DNA of 64,000 bases. It comes from Ramazzottius varieornatus. Its lineage: Eukaryota > Animalia > Tardigrada. The notes under the pieces are model-generated. The model ran no database searches. It saw only the letters and a program-made list of their open reading frames with translations, and was not told the DNA's origin. The position numbers and the translations under genes are program-made. This document shows positions 38,964 through 49,753 of this stretch, one piece after another; the stretch's first letter is position 1, and each line of letters starts with the position of its first letter. The stretch spans positions 2,435,324-2,499,323 of the forward strand of contig BDGG01000001.1 in NCBI GenBank assembly GCA_001949185.1, in the 5' to 3' direction.

Positions 38964-39074
38964 ATGTTGTGCAATGGGTGGACGGTGTTCATCTCCAGTG
39001 GCGCACGTTTTCTTGTCATTTGGATGGAACTGCACGCCACTTGAAATAACGATCATCCCGCGCTTGTTTGCCGA
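38964..39074 (-). repeat. Palindromic element copy H (intergenic)
   Basis: AGTGGCGCACGTTTT..CGCCACTTGAAATAACGATC..CTTGTTTGCCGA. Confidence 0.75.
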
Positions 39075-40112
39075 CCTTCCACCTTATGGCGATGCAGTTA
39101 CCAATGTTGCTTATTATAATTGAAACTAATTAAATTCGCAGTTGATGAAGTTATTGTTAAACGCTAGTTGGATCAATCATAATGTTTTTGACAAGTCGGT
39201 ATGAAAAAAATGACTGACGACTTGTAACGTTGTTTTTCGTTCAGCGTATGGCACTTCGAATGCGGCTCGTTGGATATTTGTCAAGCGGATAGCAATTTCA
39301 TTTAGTTTATCCCGCCTCTGGCTTTTGATGGCTCGCAAAACTGATGAAGTGTTTTTGCCGAATCGGCGGCTTGGCTAAGGGAACAAGCAAGAAATTGTTA
39401 TGGCGCATAATTGATGTGAATGAGTGTGGGACAGAGAGGCGGTAATTGATGGTTGTCCGACAATAGTGGTAAATTCGGTTTAGCAGCTCGCGCCAAAGCT
39501 GCCTATGACAAACGCGAATCTCATACCGGTAGATATGAGGACGACCGTGCGACCTTGTGTCACCTCGCTAATAAATAAAATTAGTATCTGCGCGCACGCT
39601 CGCCGCTTCTGGTAGCTCATGGCTCTTTGCTGCTCCATAATTTAATTACTTCTTTCGTCGAGCACAACCCTCTAATCTAAGGCTGATCCGACACACGGAA
39701 TAAGGCATCTTTTCATCAGGTGATAATTCGAAGATAAAAGTGTGAAGCGCGTACCATGCGGAACCGCTTGTGGAGCCTTCTTGGTTGAGCTTACGGCATG
39801 CACACTGGCGCACAGTCAAAAGTTTACCTCCGAAAAATTCATAGAAAGACAGATAGTAAAATCATTATCTTCAAATTGCTTTTCGAATCGCAGTTCATAT
39901 TTGGTATGTACCATTTCAGATTATAACGACACCGGCACGTAGCAGAAGCAGCAGATTATACGATAATGGAAAAGATAAGCAAATCTTTTCTGGATGCTCC
40001 GTGGGAGGTCACTCCAGATTAGACGAGCTCGCGGAATTTCATAACCTTGTTGCATAGATGTTGATTTCCATAACGAGGCTCACCTATGTGGTTTCTCAAA
40101 CAGAACAAGATC

Positions 40113-41621
40113 ATGGCTTCCCAAAGGTGTTTTGCGGTCTTGGCGGCCTGTCTGTTTATTGGCTGTGTTGCAGCGCAGGAGCCATCTTGCGGTCGGTCCG
40201 TTGTTCCACCCAATCTCACGCCGGTTCCTGCTGCTTCGAACAGGATTGTTGGAGGACGTGATGTGAGTTATCAAACCTCCCTCTTGCAGTTATATTGTGT
40301 CCGTTACGAAATTAATGATTCGGGATGAAGGATAATTTTCCTCTGTTATATCGCTCAGGCTGTTTCGCACAGTTGGCCATGGCAGGTCATGTTTAGCCAC
40401 GTCCGAGGAAATGTGCCGGGCGACAGATTCCATTGTGGCGGTAAGTAAGCATCAAATCATCACGTTTATGACCCTTGTACCCTGAGCCGAATAACAACTG
40501 AGCTTTTTGTTTTGGTTTTAGGCTCCATTGTAAGTTCGTGACCTTTTGCTTGTCCGAAGCTTCCCGGATAATTAACTCACTGGATGGCCTGACCAAAAGA
40601 AAAAGGCAGATTAATTTTCGAGTCACGTACTGTCTGTTCCAGATCAGTAACCGCTGGATCCTGACCGCTGCCCATTGCTGTGACTTGCCGGAAAACTTGC
40701 AAGCTCACAACTTCTCGGTCCAGGCTGGAATTCACGACGTCAAGAATTCCAACGAGCCATACAAGACACGTTATGCTATCGAGCGAGTGATCGTACACGA
40801 ATTGTATAATGTTCCCACGCCCATCAACAACGATTTCTGCATGCTGAAGACAGCACAGGTATAGTGTAGTTGAAAAAATTAGACTTGGGCGAATATGACA
40901 CAGACAGATCGTTTTCTCAAGTGGCGCACACTTCCAGCCAATAACATCACGGATGTGCGCCACTTGAAATAAAGATTACGTTCATTTCATTTGCCGATGT
41001 CTTAAATACAATATACCATCTCGTAAAGTTTCTGAGCTAACCGGAAACTTGCTCCTCCAGCCTATCGTGTTCAACGACCACGTGATCCCCGTTTGCCTTG
41101 GACCTGAGGAAGATACCGCGGCAGGGACCAAATGCTGGGCGACAGGTTTCGGGTCTGTCAATCACAATATCAAGGATCCAGTTGTCTCTGACACATTGAA
41201 GGAAGTCGACCTAGACATCTCCAGCCGATCGTACTGTCGAAACGCCTACTTTGGCATGATCACTGACCGGATGATCTGTGCCAATAACAAGAAGAAAGGT
41301 GCTTGTTCTGGAGATTCTGGCGGACCTCTCGTTTGTAAAGGTCCAGATGGCGCTTTCCGTTTACACGGTGCCGCGTCTTTCGTCAGCGGAACGTAAGTTT
41401 CTAGCTGGCTAGAAACAAGACATGATAAAATATGTCGACTATAAAAGAGTGCAATTAGCTTTTTAAGCGTATATCGCCTAAATTATAATCGCATAAATAT
41501 TTTAATCGCATATGATCACCCTTTTTGTTTCAGCGGGTGTGCAAACTCCGTGCATCCTTCTGTATATGCTCGAGTTGGAGCTATGCTTCCCTGGATAAAC
41601 AACATCATGGCCACATTCTAA
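40113..41621 (+). CDS. Secreted S1 serine protease 1 (chymotrypsin/elastase-like)
   Basis: Signal peptide, CG...R|IVGG, HSWPWQ, HCGGSI, LTAAHCC, NNDFCML, GACSGDSGGP (Gly at 189), ASFVS, HPSVY. Confidence 0.92.
40881..41002 (+). repeat. Palindromic element copy I (protease 1 intron)
   Basis: Perfect 14-bp inner stem TCAAGTGGCGCACA / TGTGCGCCACTTGA with loop CCAGCCAATAAC. Confidence 0.85.
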
Positions 41622-42525
41622 ATTCTTGCAGTTTTTCTAGATTTAAGGGCTTGCGTAATTGTCTTCGTACAAATTTTCTTCGTGCGGGTCTCCAATTTTA
41701 TACAAATTGATTTCTTCGCGGTTGTTTGTCTTTTGATTCATCCCTAACACTTTTTGCGTCGGCCTGCATATTATCCAAGTAGCTGTGAAATTCCTAGACT
41801 AACAGTCTGCGGGAACAGAATAATTCATGGATAATCTTCCACGAGAGCCGAGCAGTCGCACCGTTTTCGAACTTCCGGATAGTACTTACGAGGTCATTTG
41901 ATAAGAAGGGCGCAAGGCCACGAGTCTCCCTTCTTGGAGCCTGTAGTGTAGATAATGCTCGGCTCTCCCAGCTTTGCATGGTAAGCTGTCTACGTTTTGC
42001 TCGGACTTGAGAAAGGAGAAGTACTGATACTTAAATTATAGAGAAACAAGAGACTGTTGTTGCTTCTTTTCCAACTTCCGAGTTTCTGAACTGCAAGACG
42101 AGTCCGCATTTTCTCCCCGACGTCCCATTTGTCGAAGTACCGGAAAGCACAACTTCTTTGGTCGACTTGAACCTTCTGGACTTTGTCTAGACCTACGCTT
42201 TGCAAACGAACCAACGTCGAACGATCAAGGCGCCACAATACAGCAGCTGTCATGGGGCAGGTCGGATTTTGAACTTTCTGCTAGCTCGATATCTCAGGCT
42301 TTGGGTTACCTCACATGGCACCGACACTGACCTTCGATAAGAACCGACGTCGCCATGTTGATAGCGTTAGGGTCTTCATTTTACTTCCTTTTATGGTCCT
42401 TTCCGCTATCGGGGACTTGATTATCGGTTACGATAGAGCGAGAATCAAGAACGTATCGGGATTTTTCTACATAAACACGGCTCTAACAATCTTGTGGTCA
42501 TCCAGTCGTCTTCTGCCCAGCAAAC

Positions 42526-44251
42526 ATGGCCGTCCACGGAACCGCTGTCTTCTTTACGCTAGTCTGCGTCCTGGTGGCAGTGGGTGCCCAGCAGTGCGGA
42601 AGACAGGCTATCCAGCCTGTCATTCCCATTCGGGGATCGGCCAATGACAGGATCATCGGAGGAACTGACGTAAGAATATCTACCACATTTCATACTCTGA
42701 TTGACGAGCACAAAAGGAAGCTTTTTTGACTATTCTAGGCGAGACCACACAGCTGGCCATGGTGAGTCCTGAAGAACATAGAATGAATTTGTTCCGTGCG
42801 TCAGATCTAAAGTATTCTTCATCTTTTTTTTGACGAAACCTTATAGGCAAGCGATGTACATGCATCAACGGAAAGGACAGAATGGTAATAATAAAAAGAG
42901 GCAGGCAAACAATCTCGGGATAATCGCTGTGTCAAGTGGCGCACAGTTTCCTCTGCTTTCGATCGGTAGCGTGCGCCACTTGAGATAGCGATTCTCCCGT
43001 GATTGATTTCCAACCTCTCGATTTAATTATCTGTTCTCCGATAAATTGTGTGGGATCTGTTGATTAAAACTGTTTCATCTTTACAGGTCATTTCTTTCAC
43101 TGCGGTGGCACCGTGGTGGGTAGAACCTCAACTCGTTTATAACGACCGAAACCCAGACTTCTTGTGATGAACACCGGTTCGGTCTTCAGGTCGGCAGATG
43201 GTGGGTTCTAACTGCTGCCCATTGCTGTGACCTTCCCCCGTCCATGAACGTGACCGGAACGTCCGTTGTTGTCGGTCAACATGACCAAAGCAATCCGAAC
43301 GAACCTTTCAAGACACGAAAAGAGATCGCGGAGACCATCATACACCCCAGCTATAACAAACCAACCCCCATCAACAATGATATTTGCATGCTCAGAATGA
43401 AGGAGGTAATTTGATGAATGGTGAAAGTTTACCGTATGGGCGTGATATATAATATTGTTTCAGCCCATTGAATTCAACAACCATGTGAGCCCTATCTGCT
43501 TGCCACCCAATAGTAACGAACTGCCCGTTGGAACAAAATGCTGGATTACAGGTACAAACACGATTCAAACTGGAAAGCTCCTCGAGCTCATGACAGCAAA
43601 CAAGTTCGGGATGATCGTTATGTTAAGTAGCGCACGTTGCCAGCCAGAAACAGGAAAAACTGCGCCACTTGAGGCAATGAAGATCCTGAGCTTGTTTGCC
43701 GGCCTCTCAACCCATGTTCCGTTCAGATAATACTGTAGATAAACAGATATATCTTTTCGGTGGATTACTATTAATTCATTCCTCCTGGATAGCTTATGAG
43801 AATATTGTCTGCTTTACAGGTTGGGGTAACACTAACAACAATAACAGCCAGCCCGCCGTTATACCAAACGCATTGCAGCAAGTTGACGTGAAGGTGGTCA
43901 AGAAGTCAACCTGCAACGCAGCCTACTACGGTCTCGTCACTAGCAAGATGGTTTGCGTGCAAGAGGAGGGTAAAGGAAGGTAAGGCAAACAGCTCGGAGA
44001 TAAGCTCGAGGTCTACAGCTCTCATGGCTTTGCCGGGCAAGAAAGTGCAGACTTGATTTGTATTTAGCTGCAACGGAGACTCCGGCGGTCCTCTTCAATG
44101 TAAGGACTCAACCGGGAAGTGGGTTCTCTACGGAGATACTTCTTTCGGTAGCGCTCAAGCCTGCGTCAGTAAACGTCATCCTTCTGTCTACTGCTCGGTC
44201 GCTGCTGAGTTAGACTGGGTCCTTGAAACGATGAGCAAACACCCTGGGTAA
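42526..44251 (+). CDS. Secreted S1 serine protease 2 (chymotrypsin-like)
   Basis: Signal peptide, R|IIGG, HSWPW, FHCGGTV, LTAAHCC, NNDICML, GSCNGDSGGP, DTSFGS. Eight or nine short exons. Confidence 0.92.
42901..43015 (-). repeat. Palindromic element copy J (protease 2 intron 3)
   Basis: 35-nt arms 42910-42944 and 42971-43005 are complementary at 31 of 35 positions. Confidence 0.85.
43596..43699 (+). repeat. Palindromic element copy K (protease 2 intron)
   Basis: GCAAACAAGTTCGGGAT / ATCCTGAGCTTGTTTGC (17 pairs including 2 G-T) around AAGTAGCGCA..TGCGCCACTT. Confidence 0.8.
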
Positions 44252-45169
44252 AAATCTGTTTCCTAACTGCGATTTCGTTTGGAAGTTTTCTGTTAGCAAG
44301 ATTCTGCCCTTGTCTTCACGATTCAGTCTATTTTGCGAACCAGAATATCAGTCAGCACCATCTTTCAACAAGTGGCCAAGAGAATTCAGCAAGATGCACA
44401 GAATGCGAATAAAGACCAGGCCTAAAAAAACATATAGCTTGAAGGTGAAAGTGTTGTATGTCTGTCGAAGTACCAGTAAAGCGCTGCCATTCCCTGTTTA
44501 GGCGGAAAGGGAATGGAATTAACGAATGTCCCGCGCTTGTTGTGGTGACAGTTGGTGGTAAATAATACCTGTGATGTAGACAATATTCCGAAGAACTTGA
44601 AGTCGAAAACCAGCGATCCGGAGAGAAAACACTTTGGACGCGCGCATTGTTGTATGCTGCTACCCAAATGAATTGACCTTCCCCAGTGCACGTATGGCCA
44701 ACAGTCACCTAACTTCATCGAGACGCGACTTTTCAATTGCAAGTCATCTTTCCAGTACCGTGATCTGCTGTATCGAGTCATGAATGTGCTCCAAAGCAGT
44801 TAACCTCGCACTCGCATTACTTTTGTACCAGCAAGCGCAGTCCGGTAAGCCGATTTAGTACGGATTTCAAGCGATATTAAAATCTTCCATCAGCTCGCGT
44901 GGACCCCAGAATGTCTGACACCCACGTCTACGGAAGTTAAAAAAGTCACATGCCAATTACTTCACACAATGCTGACCTTTGATATAGATAAAGTCGTCGG
45001 CATGTCGATTGCGACAAGGTCCCCATTGTAATTCCGTTTGTGGCTCTCTGCAATACCACGAATTTGGTTATCAGTTATGACGGAACGAGAACGAAGAATG
45101 CTAAGCTTTCTACTTATAACTGTGATTCCGACGAGAATGAAGGTCCCCAGTCGTCCTTCCACACTAAAG

Positions 45170-46654
45170 ATGGCCGTCCACGGTGTCTTCTCCTTCGCGG
45201 CGCTTGCTTGCGTTCTAGGAGCAGTGAGAGCCCAGGAATGCGGCTTACCGGCAATCGAGCCTGACATATCACTTGGGGGAGCCAACAACCGGATAATCGG
45301 TGGAACGGACGTAGGAAGACTCACTTTTCCTTCTTTTTGTGGAACATATTAATGTTTTAGCAGAATGAGGAAACGAGAATGTATGGTTTTTTTTTTAGGC
45401 CGTACCTCACAGCTGGCCATGGTAAGCTCAGTTTATGTATTTTACGGTGTCGTTGGCGGATTCCGATTTAAGATATTGATGCATGTTACACTTTTTTTGT
45501 GTTTTCCAGGACAGCAATGTTCATGCACACGCGCAGAGGACAGAACGGTGAGAGACCCTCGACTTTGAACATTCTGAAAATCTGGTGCAATTAAATGAGT
45601 ATTTATGTACGTTTCAGGTCATTACTTCCATTGTGGAGGCTCTGTGGTAGGTAGTACCTCAACTTGCGTTTTCACTGAAACTTGGGTCTTTCGTCTCAAA
45701 GCTAATGTGGTCTCCAGATCGACCGATGGTGGGTCCTGACCGCAGCTCACTGCTGTGATCTTCCTGCCTCCATGAATGTGACCGGTACATCCGTGCTTCT
45801 CGGCCAACACAACACCACCGATGCCAACGAGCCCTTTAAGATACGACACGAGATCGCAGCGACCATAATCCACGAGAAGTACAACAAGCCAACGCCCATC
45901 AACAACGATATCTGCTTGCTCAGAATGAAACAGGCAAGTACATAGAGTACACTATGGCGAACCACCAAAGTTTAACCAGGTGTTTGACCATGTTGCGACG
46001 ATGTAGAATGCTAGAACACTAGTTCTCGTCATTTTAGCCCATTACGTTTAACGACCACGTATCCGCCGTATGTTTGCCGGAGACCAGCCAGGAACTACCC
46101 GTGGGAACGGAATGCTGGATTGCAGGTACCGTGAAAAAATTCCGGCCTCAGAGATGCTGTCCTGCCCGGAAATGCTGACGGAACTTTCTGCCCGCGTCCA
46201 GGTTGGGGCAACACCCAGCCGAACTCGAGCGCCACATCCATTATGCCGGCGACCTTGAAGCAAGTCGACGTGAAGGTCGTCAAGCGATCAACTTGTAACG
46301 TTGCCTTCCTTGGTATCGTCACCGATAAGATGGTCTGCGTACAGAACCCCGGAAAAGGAGCGTAAGTGTTACGTTTCGTGAATCAAGAAGATTTTTGACA
46401 GCTTTGATACCGTTCATTGATAACACCGAAATTATGTAACCCCGGACGAATATTATTTCTCCTTCTTATTCAGGTGTAACGGTGACTCTGGCGGTCCTTT
46501 GGTCTGCAAGCAGAACGGCAAATGGTTTCTTCACGGAGACACCTCCTTTGGTAGCGCCAAGGAGTGTGGTGGTAGTCGCCAGCCATCAGTCTACTGCTCG
46601 GTTCCTGCCGAACTATCGTGGATCCGGGAACAGATGAGCCAGTATTCCGAATAA
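45170..46654 (+). CDS. Secreted S1 serine protease 3 (chymotrypsin-like), close paralog of protease 2
   Basis: MAVHG start shared with protease 2. R|IIGG, LTAAHCC, NNDICLL, GACNGDSGGP. Same intron positions as protease 2. Confidence 0.92.
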
Positions 46655-46807
46655 GAATTTAATTTCGCTAATAGTATTATTTTGGCTTGCTGCTGTCAGA
46701 GGAAATTAAATCGCCTCTATTGCGTCTGACTACGTATTTTCGAAACCGAAGGGCTGATTGAGCGTCTTTGGCAATTAAGTGAAACCGGCCTTCGCGATAT
46801 CATTCAG

Positions 46808-49397
46808 TTAGCAGAAGGTCTCGGCAAGTGGTCGAGGGTACCCCGGCAGGACCTAGAGAATACATGATTGGTCCTGTACCTGGCTTGGAGGTGTTATTAT
46901 GGAAGAAGGGTCATACCTGTCCGGTGGTGCGGTTCAGCATGTAGACGTACGACTGGTCCGAACCGAAGAACTCTTCACGTGGAAAGGCAGCCATTCGCCC
47001 ATCCGACATTTGGGCCATCGGTCCTTTCGTGAATAGCGGTGGCTGCGCAGCATTGTCGGGGCCCGTTACTTTGTCTGCGTTGACGTCATATAGCCAGGTC
47101 GAAGCTCCACTGACAAAGTTGATAGTGGTATCGCGCGTGAAGATGGTGTCCCATGCACTATCTGGAAGTCCCGGAAATAACAATGACAAGGCAACTGGTC
47201 CTCTGATATCCGTATCACTTCGTGCAACCCATACCTTGCTTCCCTGTCAAGAAGCGAAGAGATCTAAACGTCTCTAAGTCAGTCTAGTTCTTCGAACTAA
47301 GTATCTCGCCCATTATACACGTATAAATCCAAACTTCAGAACCGCATATATTCGGATTTATCTAATTTGTGTGGAATATTCGTAATCGAAACCTTTAAAA
47401 AAACAGTTTTCCCGCCTGTTTTCAGTACTTCCATTGTTTTCATTTTAATTTTAAATTATTTATTCATTCAACCAGTATAGGAAAATATTCTCATCCTGGT
47501 GTGAGAGTTAACCACATAACTTCATCGTACCTTGACAAAATAAATATACGTTAGATAACTGAAGACACTGTCGAGCTGATCCGGCATGTCAATATTGAAG
47601 TTTGCCGAGTAAGCTTTTGGGAAGTTGGGTTCTCTGACGAAGAGGCCATCAGTGTGGTAGGTGAACTTCCAATACTGGCCAGCTACAAACACAAGCACTT
47701 GAAGATTAGACATTCCAAGAGAATGAACCAAGTGTCACTTGTTGAACTTGCATGAGGCATTCTTGGCATCCTAGTCACGAAGTCAAGTGTGACGGCCTTA
47801 CCCTTGAACAAGTAGAAGAACCCCAGAAAGCTCAACACTGCGTCCGGAAAGAAGTTACCGGCGCAGACCGGCTCTGCGGACGATGTTATTACCGTGAACT
47901 CTGACGCTCCCGGAATTAACTGAACCGGGGCAGCGTCAGACGGAGATCCAGTCGAAGTACTCGTGGGAACTTCTTCGAAATCGACGCTCGATTCAATCCC
48001 GTCTTGGTTTAACCAGGAAAACCATGGGCTCTGGGACCTTGATTGACGAATGAATTGAGGGAATGGTCCCCCGTTGTGGAAGACACTGGGAGATGGCAGC
48101 CATGGTGTGGTGGATGGAGGAGGTACAAAGTGGTCGAGGCTAGCGACGAATGGGTTGCTGGCTGGACAGTTGTAGAAAGAGTTGATCTGCTGCAGGTCGA
48201 CAGCGCTGAAGCCACGGCGTTGTCCGAGCCTTTCGGCGGAGAAGCTTGGGTCTTTAGGTATCATGGAGTACAGTTTGCTGTCTGGGTCCTTCGAGAAAGT
48301 TAGGGCGGAATAGTGCATTACGGAGAGGTAATCGTAAGGTGCGCCGAGAAGGTTCCCGGCTTGCTCGATTTGGAAGTTGGATGTCTTGTCCGATCGAATA
48401 TTGTCCCACATTATCCTCACATGATCATCTCTACAAAACCAATACCAAAGATATTCAGAATACTCCCAAAGCTTTTGTAAGAAACCATGGAGTACCGATC
48501 AGGCCGTGAATGCTCGTGATAAAATCCTATCCTGTGAAAAAGAACGGCTCAGTTCAACGGTGCAAAAATCAAATCGGTTTTAGGGGTGGGTTCTCACGTG
48601 TGCATTAGTTCGTGGATGATGGTTCCTTTGAGAAAGAAGCAGTTTGGCCGAAGTAGATACATCTCTTGGCGTCCTCCTTGCCACCCGATGTACGAAAGAC
48701 ATCTGTAAGAAGCGACGCAATATTGGACGATGGGATCTCTTACATATCGTACCATGGCCAAAGTCACGGCTACGGTCCGACGACGAAGCGCGCGTGTGTA
48801 TCTTACCCGCGTTTTGGATCCGTGGTTATAAAAACATAGTCATGTTCGTTGCTGCGCGGGACGAATTGGACGCATGTTTTGTCCGCGAACTCTCTGAAGG
48901 CCGACATCAGCATATCCGTTTCATTTCTGACTGTCCAATAGTTGCATGAGTTCACCACACAGATATCATAAGAAGAAAAAACGAAGTATTAACCGCAGTA
49001 AAGACTGACTTACCGAATGCCGCTTCCGGGTCGATTTCATACGGTATCCTCCGCGAAGGCCACTGACGTAACGAGTTGACTTCACGTAACGCTCGCCGCT
49101 TCCCCGCCTTATCGCTTTCGGAAATGAGAATATCGTTCTCATGAATATTCACTCCGTCGAGTGGTTCTGATTCAATATACTCTTCCGGGTTGCGCGCGAG
49201 TTTGAGAGAAGGTTCTCCACGAAGCACGATAGCTCCTGAAAAAACATACAGACAGAATATAATAAAATCAAACAAGGTCTGAAGAGCCTGGCAGGACGAA
49301 AATGAGGTTGAAAATGATTACCGTGGATGGTGGATATACTGTCGGTCGTTATTAGAAAGAGGAAGTACAGTAGAATGGCGGAGGACCCCGTGCCCAT
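46808..49397 (-). CDS. Astacin (M12A) zinc metalloprotease with C-terminal hemopexin-like repeats
   Basis: Signal peptide, prodomain HENDI and KRR|A, spliced zinc motif HELMHTIGFYHEHSRPDRD, Met-turn YDYLSVMHY, LGQRRGFSAVDLQQINSFYNC. The C-terminus has DAV..FYLFK, GQYWKF, FPK, IYFVKGSKVW, FPGLP, PGYPR and a terminal Cys. Confidence 0.88.
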
Positions 49398-49753
49398 GAT
49401 CCGTCCGGACCACGTAAACGCAAAAGGTATTCAGTACTATGAGCCGATCCAGATGAATGTGGAGTGTGACTTGATTTCAGCGAAATGGAATAACTAACCG
49501 CGAGACCGCCGCGTTGATCGTCCCAAGAACAGCGTGTGACGGTGGCCGGAAGTACTGTATACTGAAGTCACTTTTGACGTATTCCAGCAGAGTTGCAAGT
49601 GTCAGGGCTTGACGTTTACCTTGCATTCTTTCCATGATATTTTAAGCTTGCTTTGCAAAATGCCTTTTGTCCACTTTGTTGTGACAGGCTTGACGCTGCA
49701 CTAGTTTATCCGGGCCATTATTTTCCGACTTCCCTGCATCGGAACAGTCAGGT

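Noticed and set aside
22031-43699. Palindrome core read as paired CTCF (AGGTGGCGC-like) or NK2/tinman (TCAAGTG) sites
   Set aside because: The resemblance covers only 7-9 nt, the upstream CC of the CTCF motif is absent, and the long flanking arms and empty paralogous sites fit an inserted element better. Not supportable without binding data.
22031-43699. Repeats as a CRISPR array or bacterial REP/attC cassette system
   Set aside because: Copies are dispersed at irregular kb spacing inside spliceosomal introns of animal genes. There is no cas, integrase or prokaryotic gene context.
44310-44790. Overlapping minus-strand ORFs between proteases 2 and 3
   Set aside because: No coherent exon chain or recognisable domain could be built.
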